From Myxococcota bacterium (lineage in GTDB: Bacteria > Myxococcota_A > UBA796 > CAJQPC01), in contig DASCPX010000027.1 in NCBI GenBank assembly GCA_036012755.1, positions 192,001 through 256,000 of the forward strand: a stretch of 64,000 nucleotides of DNA. The letters run 5' to 3'. Both the position numbers and the translations under genes were made by a program. Within the stretch, counting starts at the first letter, position 1; every line of letters starts with the position of its first letter. Of the stretch, positions 48,436-59,066 are shown piece by piece. The notes beneath the pieces are model-generated. The model did no database searches. It saw nothing but the letters and a program-made list of their open reading frames with translations, and was not told where the DNA came from.

Positions 48436-50253
48436 TTGATCGGGTCGGTGATCGACAAGTACCAGGTCCTCGAGAAGGTCGGCGAAGGCGGCATGGCCAC
48501 GGTCTACCTGGGCAAGCACGTCACCCTGGGGCGGGTCGTGGCGATCAAGGTGCTCCACCCGCACCTCTCTGCGTCGACGCGGAATCGCCTGCGCTTCGAG
48601 CGCGAGGCCCGGGCGATCGAGCACCTCGACCACGAGAACATCCTGGAGATCTACGACTACAGCGGCCGAGACGTCCAGGACTGCTACATCGTCACGGAGT
48701 TCGTGAAGGGGAGGACGCTGCACGCGCTCATCTCGGAGCGGGGGCTCGTGCCATCCGAGGTCGCGGCGATGGTCGGGCTCAGGCTGGCCTCTGCCCTGGC
48801 CTATGCCCACCACGCGGGCATCATCCACCGGGACCTCAAGCCCGAGAACGTGATGCTCTCGGACGACGGGACCGTGAAGCTGATGGACTTCGGCATCGCG
48901 CGTTTCCTCGACGAGACGACGGTGACGATGACCGGGGCGCTGGTCGGCAGCCCCGCCTACATGAGCCCCGAGCAGGCACTGGAGCGCGCTGTCGACGCGC
49001 GGAGCGATCTGTTCTCCCTGGGCTCGCTGCTGTTCCACCTCGTGACGGGGCGCCTCCCCTTCACCGGAAGCAACCCCAGCATCATCCTGCGGAACATCAT
49101 CGAGGCTCGGCGGGCGGATGTCCTGGAGCTCCAGCCCGCCGCGAGCGCGCGCCTGGCAGACGTCATCGAGAGGTTGCTGCAGACCAACCCGGAGGGTCGC
49201 TTCGAGGACGCCGTGGGTGTCCGGGATGCCCTCTCGAAGGTGCTGGAGGAGTCGGACCTGTCCGAGGAGACCCCCGAATGGAGCCTCATCACCTACCTCG
49301 AGGACGCTGACGACTACGAGCGTCGGCTCGCGGAGCACCTCGATGTCCGCCTCCTCGAGCACGGTCGGGCAGCCTTCAAGGCTGGGGACCACCTCGACGC
49401 CCAGCGCATGTTCAACCGCCTGCTGGCCCGTCACCCGGAGCACCCGGAGGTCCTGGAGATCCTCGCGAATGCACAGTTCCCGGATGTGCTCGACCGCCCC
49501 GAGAGGGCCGACCGGACGCCCCTTGTCACCGGCCTGCTCGTGCTGCTCGCCGTGGTGCTCGCCGGCGTCGCGTGGGTGTTATTGTCCCCCAAGGAGACCG
49601 TCGAACCCGTCGAGGCAATCGTCGTCGTCGACGAGCCGCCCGAGCTCCCTGACCTCGAGATCAGCGAGGTCGACATGCAGGACCCGAGCGAGGTCGAGGC
49701 CATCGAGCCGCCGGTCGAGCGCGTCGAGGTCCCGACGACCCCCGTCACCCACGAGCCGGCGGTCGAGCCCGAGTTCGGGGAGCCGGTCATCGCTGATCTC
49801 GAGGCGGCGGTGCCACTGCCCGGCCACCTCCGACTCAAGCTGGCCAGCCCCGGGCACGGCGACCTCTTCCTCAACGGCGAGCTGACGGGGAAGGTCAGTA
49901 CGGGGAGTCGCGTCGTGGAGCTCCCCGCCGGGGAGTACGAGGTCGTCGTGAAGAACCAGTACGCGCACGACTTCATCCAGATCGTCCGCGTCTCCGAGGG
50001 AGAGACCAAGCTTGTCGAGGTGCTCATGCGGAAGAAATACTTCACCCTGCGCGTCGGCAGCCTCGATCCGCTCTGCGAGGTCTCGGTCGACGGGGCCCCC
50101 TACGGCACCGTCGAGAAGTTACACGGCCTCGTGAACATCCTGCCCGAGAAGGTGAAGTACACAGGCGTGGTGCGCTTCGACTGCCCTGACGGTCGCCTGG
50201 AGTACGAGGTGGAGGGGCAGGCAGGTGGCGACGAACTGGAGCTCCCCCCCTGA
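48436..50253 (+). CDS. Membrane Ser/Thr protein kinase with extracytoplasmic PEGA-like domain
   Basis: 'GEGGMATVY', 'VAIK', 'HRDLKPEN', 'DFGIA', 'YMSPEQ' and one TM. Start uncertain. Confidence 0.93.
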   Translation: MIGSVIDKYQVLEKVGEGGMATVYLGKHVTLGRVVAIKVLHPHLSASTRNRLRFEREARAIEHLDHENILEIYDYSGRDVQDCYIVTEFVKGRTLHALISERGLVPSEVAAMVGLRLASALAYAHHAGIIHRDLKPENVMLSDDGTVKLMDFGIARFLDETTVTMTGALVGSPAYMSPEQALERAVDARSDLFSLGSLLFHLVTGRLPFTGSNPSIILRNIIEARRADVLELQPAASARLADVIERLLQTNPEGRFEDAVGVRDALSKVLEESDLSEETPEWSLITYLEDADDYERRLAEHLDVRLLEHGRAAFKAGDHLDAQRMFNRLLARHPEHPEVLEILANAQFPDVLDRPERADRTPLVTGLLVLLAVVLAGVAWVLLSPKETVEPVEAIVVVDEPPELPDLEISEVDMQDPSEVEAIEPPVERVEVPTTPVTHEPAVEPEFGEPVIADLEAAVPLPGHLRLKLASPGHGDLFLNGELTGKVSTGSRVVELPAGEYEVVVKNQYAHDFIQIVRVSEGETKLVEVLMRKKYFTLRVGSLDPLCEVSVDGAPYGTVEKLHGLVNILPEKVKYTGVVRFDCPDGRLEYEVEGQAGGDELELPP

Positions 50254-50343
50254 GCCGGCTACGCTGGTGTCGTCAGGGCTACGACAGCGATGTCACGAAA
50301 CCGGGCTCGCGGGATGCAGCCACCCAACGATGATCAAGTGCTG

Positions 50344-50730
50344 ATGCGGATCTCCGCGATCTGGCCCGTGGCTTGCAGTCTATCCTTGGCGACCGGGTGC
50401 TATTTCGGCCCCATCAACGCCATCGACTCCAACACCTCACCCGAGATCTACAGCTCCAACGTGAAGTTCGGCGAGCCACTGCTGATCGAAAAGGACGCCA
50501 CCCGGGTCGTGGTGTACGCCTCTGACGACGACGAGGCGACCCTCTTCGCGGTGTGGGACCTGTCCGCCGATGGCTTCATCCACGACGCCCAGACCAGCTA
50601 CGACCCGACCTTCTGGACCCAGGTCGAGCTCGACCGCGACGACGACCTCGACGGACAGGTGCTGACGGTCATGGTCAGTGATGGCCGCACGCAGGACGTC
50701 GAGAGTTGGCTCCTGGAGGTGGTCCGATGA
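50344..50730 (+). CDS. Putative lipoprotein
   Basis: 'SLATGC' lipobox. Start is 50290 or 50344. Confidence 0.6.
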   Translation: MRISAIWPVACSLSLATGCYFGPINAIDSNTSPEIYSSNVKFGEPLLIEKDATRVVVYASDDDEATLFAVWDLSADGFIHDAQTSYDPTFWTQVELDRDDDLDGQVLTVMVSDGRTQDVESWLLEVVR

Positions 50731-52199
50731 TCGTCCTCCTCGCCCTGATCTCCTGCGCTGACAAGAGCGCTGACGGAGTCCAGGCGCTCTCCCCAACTGA
50801 CGAGTTCGACAGCGAGTTCGACCTGCGCATCGACGTCTACCCGCCCGCGCAGCTCCCGGACGGCCGCAGCCTCGATCTGCTCGAGCAGTCCTTCCGCGGT
50901 GTCGGTGCGAGCACTGGCTGGGATGTCTCCCTGCCGCTTGAGGACGCGGTCAACATCGGCGGCACGCTGTCGGGCTTCGTGGTGAACAAGACCGCCGACG
51001 TCAGCGTCCCCGGCGAAGAGACGCGCGTTCCCGGGTACTTCGAGGCCTTCGTCCCGGACACCATCATGTCGCGCCAGGTGGCCACGGACGACGAGGGCGA
51101 CTTCCGGACCGAGCTCGTGCCCAGCGAGGGCTACACCTTCGCCTGGATTCCCGACAACAGCATCGAGCTACCCTTCCTCGTCACCACGGACGAGGACATC
51201 CACGCCGCCCTGGACCTCTCGGTGACGCTCGACGAAGGGCTGCCGCTCTACGGCCGCATCACCCACGGCGCGGATGAGGAGCCTCCGCCCTACGGGACGG
51301 TGGTCCAGGCGTTCGACCCGGAGAGCGGCATCGGCGGACCGGTCGTGCTCGCAGAGCCCGATGGGGACTTCCTCCTGCGTGTCTACCCGGGCGACTACGA
51401 GCTCGTCGTCTGGCACTCGGAGAACCCCTTCTTCCCCACCCAGCGCTTCGACGTCTGGGTCCAGGCGGCGGACGGGTTCAACCAGGACGTCCACTACGAC
51501 ACCCTCACGACGCAGACGGTCTATGGCGACGTGGTCGACGAGCAGGACAGCCCCCTGTCGAACGTGCTGGTGCGCATCACCTCCACCGACCTGGACGGAA
51601 CCCCCGAGGGCGAGCTCGTCGTCGAGACCGAGACGGACGGCTACGGCAGCTACCTCGCGCGACTGGTCTCTGGCACATACGACATCGAGTTCGTCCCCCC
51701 ATACGAGTCCGAGCTGGGCCCCTCCCGTGTCCTGGGGTTCGAGGTGCTGGAGGAAGGCGAGCTGGAACCCGCCACGCTCGCGTCTCGGCCGCTCGTGCAG
51801 GGGACCGTGGTCGGAACGGACGGCAGCCCGGTCGGCGGGACGCTGGTCCGCGCTATGGAAGAGGCCTTCTACGGCTACGTCTACGAGACGACGGCCAACG
51901 ACGATGGCCTCTTCGTCCTCCCGGTCTCCAGCGGCACGCTGATGTGGACCTTTCAGCCGCCGGCCGACGCAAACCTCGCGACCACCTTCGTCCGCGCAGA
52001 GCCCACGGCGCTTTTGGACTCCGGTCAAGTCGAACTCGCCGCCGGTGAGCTGATCACCGGCGACGTGTCCTGGAACGGAGAGGCGGTTCCCTTTGCCGTG
52101 CTCGACATCCGCGACTCGGCCAACCGCCTCTTCGCCACTGGCGCCACCGACGCCGACGGGCACTTCAGCGTGCGCGTCGACGTGGAGGGTGGGCGCTGA
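50727..52199 (+). CDS. Lipoprotein with repeated carboxypeptidase-regulatory-like (transthyretin-like) domains
   Basis: MIVLLALISC start and repeats 'TDDEGDF', 'ETDGYGSY', 'ANDDGLF', 'TDADGHF'. Confidence 0.75.
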   Translation: MIVLLALISCADKSADGVQALSPTDEFDSEFDLRIDVYPPAQLPDGRSLDLLEQSFRGVGASTGWDVSLPLEDAVNIGGTLSGFVVNKTADVSVPGEETRVPGYFEAFVPDTIMSRQVATDDEGDFRTELVPSEGYTFAWIPDNSIELPFLVTTDEDIHAALDLSVTLDEGLPLYGRITHGADEEPPPYGTVVQAFDPESGIGGPVVLAEPDGDFLLRVYPGDYELVVWHSENPFFPTQRFDVWVQAADGFNQDVHYDTLTTQTVYGDVVDEQDSPLSNVLVRITSTDLDGTPEGELVVETETDGYGSYLARLVSGTYDIEFVPPYESELGPSRVLGFEVLEEGELEPATLASRPLVQGTVVGTDGSPVGGTLVRAMEEAFYGYVYETTANDDGLFVLPVSSGTLMWTFQPPADANLATTFVRAEPTALLDSGQVELAAGELITGDVSWNGEAVPFAVLDIRDSANRLFATGATDADGHFSVRVDVEGGR

Positions 52200-52218
52200 G
52201 CGCGAGCTCGCGGGGGCG

Positions 52219-53061
52219 CTAGCTGAGGACGGGGCCCAGGAGCTCCAGGCCCTTCACCTTCCGGCCCTTCTCGGTCGCGATCCGGGCGGCCTCGACGAGG
52301 CTGCCGGCGACGACGATCGCGTCGTCACCCTTCTGGTAGACGCGGAAGGCAAGCCGGGGCGCGGAGCTGGGCGCGGCCTTCTTCGCGGCCTTCTTGGCAG
52401 CCTTCGGCGCAGCCTTCGGCGCAGCCTTCGCCTTCGTCACGCGCGGCGGTGCCGCGATGCCCATACGGAACCGGCGGTTGCGCACGGCGTTGTCGCTCAC
52501 GCCGGCCTTGGCGGCGATCTCGGCGTCTGCGACCTTGCCGAGCAGGCTGTCGAAGGGCTCGATCTTCGACTTGCGCCCGCGCTTCTTGGGGGCCGCCTTC
52601 GGCGCCTTCTTCGCGGCCTTGGACGCCTTCGCCTTCGGCGACGCCTTCTTCGCAGCCCTGGTCGGCTTGCCCGCGGCGGGCTTGGGGCCGCGACGCTTGG
52701 TCGGTGCGATCCCGAGTGACCGGCGGTATGCGGCGACCGTCTGGTTCGACACGCCAGCGAGGCTCGCGATCTCCATGTCCGCGACGTCTCCCAGCTGGTC
52801 CTTGAAGGGCTCGAGCTTGGCCACGGTCGACTTGCGGGGGCCGCGCTTGACGACCTCGGCCGCCTTGGCCTTCGCCTCTCTCTTCCGGCGACTGGTGCGT
52901 GGTCCGGGAGGTGCCGCCTTGCGCGTGATGCCGTTGCGCTTCAGCGCCGTGTTGATGGCGCCTGGCGTCGCCCCGAACATCTCCGCCAGCTCACGCAGTG
53001 AGTAGTCGTCCTTCTTCTTCAGGAGCTGGGGCCACCAGGGCTTGTCTTCGAGCTTGCGCAT
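52219..53061 (-). CDS. Lys/Ala-rich multi-HTH DNA-binding protein (histone H1-like linkers)
   Basis: N-terminal HTH, two about 37-aa HTH-like repeats and KAAKK/KAAPK tracts. Confidence 0.75.
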   Translation of the reverse strand: MRKLEDKPWWPQLLKKKDDYSLRELAEMFGATPGAINTALKRNGITRKAAPPGPRTSRRKREAKAKAAEVVKRGPRKSTVAKLEPFKDQLGDVADMEIASLAGVSNQTVAAYRRSLGIAPTKRRGPKPAAGKPTRAAKKASPKAKASKAAKKAPKAAPKKRGRKSKIEPFDSLLGKVADAEIAAKAGVSDNAVRNRRFRMGIAAPPRVTKAKAAPKAAPKAAKKAAKKAAPSSAPRLAFRVYQKGDDAIVVAGSLVEAARIATEKGRKVKGLELLGPVLS

Positions 53062-53176
53062 ACAGTTCTATCCTCGTACCTCAGAGGGTCACTCCACCCC
53101 TTGCCCTGTCGCTAACACAGACCCCAGAGGGCTACCATCGTGATTCTGTGTCAGAAGCCCGCGCGTTGACCTGGGC

Positions 53177-53938
53177 TTGGCTCACAGCTACGTTCCGGCG
53201 GTGCTCGCGCTCTGGACACTCCTGTCGACCGTCGCCTCCACGACTGCAGCGTCACCCCCGGAAAGTGCGGTCGCTCCTGGACAATCGCCGCTCGACGAGG
53301 CGCTGTCCAGCTACCTCGACGGGGACCTGCCAGCTGCCCGGGATGCCCTCGCGCGAATCGTCAACGATCCGGACGCGGACGCGGACGATCTCCTCGACGA
53401 GGCTCGGGTGTGGTTGGGCGAGGTGCAGTACTACCTTGGCGAAAAGGACGCCGCGCGCAGCACGTTTCGCGCAGTTCTCCTCTACGACCGAGGCTACCGG
53501 ATGGACCCCTTCGTGCATCCACCCGAGGTCGTCGCCTTCTTCGACTCGGTGCGGGCCGAGGTCGAAGCGAGTGGCCTGGGGCCGCGCACGCTCCCGAGCA
53601 CCGGCCCGCCCCTGCACGCCTTCCTCTGGCCCGGGGGGCTCCAGCTGCACAACGGCCGCGCAGGCGCAGCGGCGCTGACGGCCCTGACCGTGACCGGCTC
53701 GGCTGCGATGGTCGGTGGCATGCGCATCTACCTCGTCAACCAGGATCAGAATCCCAACAGCCCGGGCATCGACGTCCCGGCGGGCGATGTGGAGCGGCTG
53801 GAGGCGATCCGTGCCGCTCAGTTCGGAGTCGCCGCTGTCGGGACCACGCTGTGGCTCGGCACGACGGTCGGCGGGTCCGTGCGCGCCGTGCAGCCCACCG
53901 TCTACCCGGGTGGCTTGGGACTCAGCATCCACTGGTAG
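53177..53938 (+). CDS. Exported TPR-containing protein
   Basis: Signal-like N-terminus and TPR-like 'ARVWLGEVQYYLGEKDAARSTF...DPFVHPPEVVAFF'. Confidence 0.7.
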   Translation: MAHSYVPAVLALWTLLSTVASTTAASPPESAVAPGQSPLDEALSSYLDGDLPAARDALARIVNDPDADADDLLDEARVWLGEVQYYLGEKDAARSTFRAVLLYDRGYRMDPFVHPPEVVAFFDSVRAEVEASGLGPRTLPSTGPPLHAFLWPGGLQLHNGRAGAAALTALTVTGSAAMVGGMRIYLVNQDQNPNSPGIDVPAGDVERLEAIRAAQFGVAAVGTTLWLGTTVGGSVRAVQPTVYPGGLGLSIHW

Positions 53939-53956
53939 ACCGGTTACGTCCGGCCC

Positions 53957-55723
53957 GTGTACATCCGCTACATCGAGCCCGGGACCCGTCGCGCGGTGGA
54001 GATTGCGCTGAGGAAGCCCATCGTGTCCATCGGACGCGCCCCTGGCAACGACATCGTCCTTGCGGATCCCGCGATCAGCCCGACCCACGCCAACCTCCTG
54101 CGCAAGCCGCACCACGTGACTGTGTCGGTGGTCCACCGCGGCGCAGAGGTCTACGTCAACGGCCGTCGCGCTCGCAGCGCGGACCTCGCTGTGGGCGACA
54201 AGGTGCTGATCGGCCGCTACGAGCTGGAGCTCCTCGAGGGTGAGCCGGACACCGACGCAGAGGCTCCGGGCGCGAACCTCGACGGGATGGGGCGCCTCGT
54301 CACCTTCAGCAAGCAGCTCATGGAGGAGCAGTCACCAGACAAGCTCTTCAAGCTCCTCCTGAAGGCGGTCGTCGAGCTCAGCGAGGCAGAGAAGGGCTTC
54401 GTCATCTTCTTCAAGGACGGCGCGCGGCACCTGGCAGCCTCACACAACGTCGGCAAGGAGACTCTCGACCTCTCTCGCGTCAGCGACTCCATCATCGACC
54501 GCGTGGTCGAGAGCCGGAAGCCACTCATCGTCTCGGACGCCGTCGGCGACAGCCGCTTCGGCAAGGCCAAGAGCGTCGTGGATCTCAGGCTCTCCAGCGT
54601 GATGTGCGTCCCCCTGGCCTACCGCAACGACCTGCTCGGCGTGCTCTACCTGGGCAACGACTCCATCGCGAACCTCTTCGACGCCGATCAGCTCGAGCTC
54701 CTGCTCATCTTCGCCTCACAGGCATCGATGATCGTCCACCACGCGCTGATGCTCAACGAGCTCAAGGTCAGCAACAAGAACCTGCGCGACCAGCTCCGGT
54801 CTGCCTCCCAAGGGCAGATGATCGGAAGCTGCGCAGAGATGAAGGGGCTCTTCAAGGTCCTTCGTCGCGTCGCCCCGACCGACATCTCGGTGCTCATCCT
54901 CGGCGAGACGGGGACCGGGAAGGAGCTCGTGGCTCACGAGCTGCACAACTTGTCGTCCCGCAAGGCCGGACCATTCATCTCGATCAACTGCGGCGCGATC
55001 CCCGAGCACCTCCTGGAGAGCGAGCTCTTCGGTCACAAGAAGGGCTCCTTCACCGGCGCCATCAGCGACAAGATCGGCAAGTTCGGCGCCGCGAACGGCG
55101 GCACGCTCTTCCTCGACGAGATCGCGGAGATGCCGATGCCGCTCCAGGTGAAGCTCCTGCGGGTGCTCCAGGAGCGCAAGATCGAGCGCGTCGGCGAGTA
55201 CGAAGGACGCTCGATCGACATCCGCGTCGTCGCCGCCACGAACAAGGAGCTCGCAGACGAGATCCGCGAGGGCCGCTTCCGCGAGGATCTGTACTACCGC
55301 CTCAACGAGGTCGCCATCACGCTTCCGCCGCTGCGAGACCGGGGCGAGGACATCATCCAGATTGGCCAGTACTTCTTGAATCGCTTCGCCACCCAGTACG
55401 AGTCGAAGGTGCGCGGCTTCACCAACCAGTGCACGCTCGCGATGAAGGGCTACTTCTGGCCTGGAAACGTCAGGCAGGTGGAGAACCGCATCAAGAAGGC
55501 GGTCATCATGAGCGATCGGGCGCTGCTCCAGCCAGAGGATCTCGGGCTGGACAAGAAGGACAAGCGCCACGTGAAGCCGCTCGCCCGGGCGGAAGAGGAC
55601 TTCAAGATCACCTACATCAGAGAGGTGCTGGAGCTCAACAACTGGAACAAGGCCCAGACCGCGCGGGACCTCGAGGTCGATGCGCGCACCGTGTTCCGGT
55701 ACATCGAGAAGATGGACGAATAG
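53957..55723 (+). CDS. Sigma54-dependent activator, FHA-GAF-AAA+-HTH
   Basis: FHA 'IGRAPGNDI...ISPTHA', GAF 'SVMCVPL', 'GETGTGKE', 'ESELFGHKKGSFTGA' and 'FREDLYYRL'. Confidence 0.95.
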   Translation: MYIRYIEPGTRRAVEIALRKPIVSIGRAPGNDIVLADPAISPTHANLLRKPHHVTVSVVHRGAEVYVNGRRARSADLAVGDKVLIGRYELELLEGEPDTDAEAPGANLDGMGRLVTFSKQLMEEQSPDKLFKLLLKAVVELSEAEKGFVIFFKDGARHLAASHNVGKETLDLSRVSDSIIDRVVESRKPLIVSDAVGDSRFGKAKSVVDLRLSSVMCVPLAYRNDLLGVLYLGNDSIANLFDADQLELLLIFASQASMIVHHALMLNELKVSNKNLRDQLRSASQGQMIGSCAEMKGLFKVLRRVAPTDISVLILGETGTGKELVAHELHNLSSRKAGPFISINCGAIPEHLLESELFGHKKGSFTGAISDKIGKFGAANGGTLFLDEIAEMPMPLQVKLLRVLQERKIERVGEYEGRSIDIRVVAATNKELADEIREGRFREDLYYRLNEVAITLPPLRDRGEDIIQIGQYFLNRFATQYESKVRGFTNQCTLAMKGYFWPGNVRQVENRIKKAVIMSDRALLQPEDLGLDKKDKRHVKPLARAEEDFKITYIREVLELNNWNKAQTARDLEVDARTVFRYIEKMDE

Positions 55724-55758
55724 GGCCCGACCCGCCCTTCGTGCTTCAATCCCAGACC

Positions 55759-56355
55759 ATGAAGACCATCGGCCTCACAGGCGGGATCGCCACCGGCAAG
55801 TCCACCGTCGCGCGAATCCTGCGCGAGGACCTCAACCTCCCGGTCATCGACGCCGACGCCGTCTCCCGGGACGTCACGGCGAGAGGCACGCCGGGGCTGG
55901 CCTGGATCGTCGAGTCCTTCGGCTCCGACGTGCTCGACGACGACGGTAGCCTCGACCGGCTGGCGCTTCGGAACATCGTCCAGGCGGACCGGAACCGGCG
56001 CAAGACGCTGGAGGCGATCACACACCCGCTGATCTCGCAGGAGATCGAGGACCGGCTCACCGCGCTGGAGAACACCGGAGCTGCAGTGGCCGTCGTCGAA
56101 GCGGCGCTGATGGTGGAGACCGGGAGCCACCAGCGCTACGACCACCTCATCGTCGTACTGGCGGATCCCGAGACCCAGCTCTCGCGGCTCATGGAGCGCA
56201 GCGGGCTGAGCGATGCGGACGCGCGCCAGTGGGTCGCCAACCAGATGTCCCCTTCCGAGAAGGCCGCGCTCGCCACCGTCGTCGTGCACAACGACGGTAC
56301 GGTGGATGAGCTACGGCGCGCCGTGCTCGACGCCTGGGGGCAGATCGAGTTCTGA
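55759..56355 (+). CDS. coaE: Dephospho-CoA kinase
   Basis: 'IGLTGGIATGKST', 'IDAD' and 'LEAITHP'. Confidence 0.95.
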   Translation: MKTIGLTGGIATGKSTVARILREDLNLPVIDADAVSRDVTARGTPGLAWIVESFGSDVLDDDGSLDRLALRNIVQADRNRRKTLEAITHPLISQEIEDRLTALENTGAAVAVVEAALMVETGSHQRYDHLIVVLADPETQLSRLMERSGLSDADARQWVANQMSPSEKAALATVVVHNDGTVDELRRAVLDAWGQIEF

Positions 56356-57852
56356 GCGAGCGGCGTTTGCGCAGAATGGACCGTCGTCGGGGCTGAGTTC
56401 GCAGGCCCGCCGGAAGTGCTCGGTCCGAACTCCAGGGTTCTCGGCATGGATGCCCGCGGAGTTGTGGAGGTTCGGGTCCTCCGGCGAGTGCACCAGCGCC
56501 CACTCGCAGTACTCGGTGCCCTGCCCTGCCGGGCTCGCGACGCAGGCCACAGCGGTCGCCCAGCGGGCATCCACCTCTGGCGCGGCGGCGAGGATTGCGT
56601 TGTCTCGGGCCAGGTCGTCCCTGCCTTGCAGCATCCAGGCGCGGGACCGCACCTCGTGCATGCTCCGCCTCTCGTGGGGATCATCGACGAATTGCGCGCC
56701 AGCCAGGAGCTCCAGGCTCCGAGCGGGGTCCTCTTCCACGATCGTCCGGGCCAACCGCAGGCGAATGACCTGGTCGTCCGGAAGTCGTTCGTGGGAGGCC
56801 TCCCACAGGGCGCGCTCGTCGTGCCACTGGCCGACCTGGACCTGCCCCAGGAGCAAGAAAGGCAGGACAGCGAGCCCGATCCACCGCGGGGCCCGCGCCA
56901 CGATCATGACGAAGCCCGCGACGGCCAGGACGAGGAGTCCGTCGCCGTAGCGGGGATGTGCCTGCAGGACCCCACTCGCCGGCAGGACGCAGGCCGCGAT
57001 CAGCACCGCTCCTCCGGCCTGGAGCCCGCGCAGCTTCCACGCCGCCAACGCCCCAAGAGCGACGATCGGCAGCCAGCCCAGCGGGCCGAGGAAGTCCACC
57101 TCGAAAGCAGGCGCGAGCGGAACGGGGAGCACCGGTCGCGAGAGCAGGAACAGGGCGCGCCCGCCAGCCTCGAAGGCGCCACTCGCGCTGGCGTCGCTGT
57201 CGACGTCGACGACGACAGCCCGGAGCACCACATATGCCAGGGCCGCGACGAGCATCCACAGCCAGCGCCGATCGCGGCGGTCGATGGCCAGGGCCACGAG
57301 CGGGAGGAAGACCGCCGGTTCCTTGCTGCAACAGGCAAGGAAGGTCAGGACGCAGGCTGCCCAGCTGCTCCGAGAGGACAGCGCCCAGAACGCGAGGGCG
57401 GCACAGTAGAGATCGGTGCGGCTGGCGATGTTGGCGGTGGGCTCGACGAGCAGCGGGTGGGCCACGAACAAGGCCGTGCCGAGGGCCGCGGGGAGGAGCT
57501 CGACGTGCTGGCGGAGCAACACGAACAGGGCCAGGCCCGCTGCGACCAGCGCGACGAGGTTGTCCAGGTGGAAGGCCCAGGCTGCGCCGCCACCGATCGC
57601 ATGGTCCACGTAGTAGGAGAGCGAGACCAGCGGCCGCCAGTAGGGCGAGGCACGGACCGGGACCAGGTGGAACAGGTCGTGGGTCAGCGCCGTCGGGAGC
57701 GTGCCCCAGTCCGCCAGCGCCGCGTTGCCTTCTACGAGCACGCGGTCGTCATAGACGAACTCGTAGCCGAGGACGCGCCCGAAGAGCGCAGCGACCGCCA
57801 GCGCCAGGACCAGCGCGGCGACGAGCCGCTCAGTAGATGAGGATCGACTCAA
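56311..57852 (-). CDS. TMTC-like GT-C membrane glycosyltransferase with C-terminal TPR
   Basis: 'FVYDD', 'YWRPL', 'FHLDN', 'HP..VE', 'RTD' and 'SKE' motifs. Start uncertain. Confidence 0.75.
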   Translation of the reverse strand: MSRSSSTERLVAALVLALAVAALFGRVLGYEFVYDDRVLVEGNAALADWGTLPTALTHDLFHLVPVRASPYWRPLVSLSYYVDHAIGGGAAWAFHLDNLVALVAAGLALFVLLRQHVELLPAALGTALFVAHPLLVEPTANIASRTDLYCAALAFWALSSRSSWAACVLTFLACCSKEPAVFLPLVALAIDRRDRRWLWMLVAALAYVVLRAVVVDVDSDASASGAFEAGGRALFLLSRPVLPVPLAPAFEVDFLGPLGWLPIVALGALAAWKLRGLQAGGAVLIAACVLPASGVLQAHPRYGDGLLVLAVAGFVMIVARAPRWIGLAVLPFLLLGQVQVGQWHDERALWEASHERLPDDQVIRLRLARTIVEEDPARSLELLAGAQFVDDPHERRSMHEVRSRAWMLQGRDDLARDNAILAAAPEVDARWATAVACVASPAGQGTEYCEWALVHSPEDPNLHNSAGIHAENPGVRTEHFRRACELSPDDGPFCANAARSELDLPPGVEHGAP

Positions 57853-58357
57853 CCGGCGTGTCGCCCAGGGCCTTGCGTCCGTCGAGGAAGCCCAGCTCGA
57901 TCACGAAGGCGTAGCCCGCTACGACGCCGCCGAGCTGCTCGACGAGCTTGCCCGTTGCGTTCGCGGTGCCGCCTGTGGCCAGCAGGTCATCGACCACGAG
58001 CACCCGCTGCCCCTCCTTCACGGCGTCGACGTGCATCTCGAGCCGTGCCGTGCCGTACTCCAGGGCGTATTCGCAGCCGATGGACTCATAGGGCAGCTTT
58101 CCGGGCTTCCGAGCCGGCACGAAGGGCAGCCCCATCGCGATGGCGAGCGGTGCACCAAAGAGGAAGCCCCGGGACTCCATGCCGACGATGGCATCGATCC
58201 GACCGCCGGCGAAGCGCTCTCCGAAGTGAGCTACGACCCGCTCGAAGAGCTCCGGGTCGTGGAGGATCGGCGTGATGTCCTTGAAGATGATCCCCGGCTT
58301 GGGGAAGTCGGGGATGTCGCGAATCGTGGCTGTGAGATCGGTGACGAGGTCTGCCAT
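57830..58357 (-). CDS. apt: Adenine phosphoribosyltransferase
   Basis: 'DFPKPGIIFKDIT', 'ESRGF', 'YALEYG' and 'VDDLLATGGT'. Confidence 0.97.
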   Translation of the reverse strand: MADLVTDLTATIRDIPDFPKPGIIFKDITPILHDPELFERVVAHFGERFAGGRIDAIVGMESRGFLFGAPLAIAMGLPFVPARKPGKLPYESIGCEYALEYGTARLEMHVDAVKEGQRVLVVDDLLATGGTANATGKLVEQLGGVVAGYAFVIELGFLDGRKALGDTPVESILIY

Positions 58358-58421
58358 GCAGGGCTCCCTGTGCGAGCGGAAGTCTAACGGACTGTCCGCA
58401 GCCCCGAGGTTATCGGGGGCC

Positions 58422-59066
58422 ATGAGCCAGCACAGCCTGAGCCAGGAGCTCCAGTCCTTCCGCGACAGCCTCGGCGGCGAGGACAGCACGATGGGTGCCC
58501 TGGTGGACACCGTGGGTGATCGGGGCTTCGGCCTCCTCCTGCTGATCCTGGCCCTGCCGGCGGCGCTCCCCCTCCCTGCCCCGGGCTACGCGACGCCCTT
58601 CGGCATCCTGATGATCGGCCTCGGCTGGCAGATGTTGCGGGGCCGCCAGAGTCCGTGGTTTCCGGACAAGGTCAGGCAGCGCCGACTGTCCTATTCGCTG
58701 CTGGACTTCTCGGTCCGCAACGGGCGCCTGCCCCTGCGTTTCGTCGAGCTCGTCGTGCGTCCCAGGCTGTCGGCCATGGCGCGGAACGTCACCTTCCTGC
58801 GCATCGTCGCCCTGACGATCATCCTGATGGCGTGCTCGATGTCGCTGCCCATCCCGCTGACCAACACGGCGCCGAGCTTCGTCATCTTCGTCCTCGCCGC
58901 CGGCATCATCGAGGAGGACGGGCTGCTGCTGGTGGCCGGCATGCTGCTGGCTCCGGTGGCCGCCGCCATCGCGGGCCTGGCCCTCTACACGGCCATCACC
59001 ATGGGGCCCGAGGCGGTCGAGGAGACGGTGAAGCCGATGGTGAAGGGCTGGCTCGGGCTCACCTGA
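58422..59066 (+). CDS. exoD: Exopolysaccharide synthesis ExoD family protein
   Basis: 'GDRGFGLLLLILALP', 'RPRL', 'LPIPLTNTAP' and 'EEDG'. Confidence 0.88.
   Translation: MSQHSLSQELQSFRDSLGGEDSTMGALVDTVGDRGFGLLLLILALPAALPLPAPGYATPFGILMIGLGWQMLRGRQSPWFPDKVRQRRLSYSLLDFSVRNGRLPLRFVELVVRPRLSAMARNVTFLRIVALTIILMACSMSLPIPLTNTAPSFVIFVLAAGIIEEDGLLLVAGMLLAPVAAAIAGLALYTAITMGPEAVEETVKPMVKGWLGLT

Noticed and set aside
55030..55062. GSFTGA variant of the GAFTGA loop in the sigma54 activator
   Set aside because: Common natural variant and not evidence of novelty.
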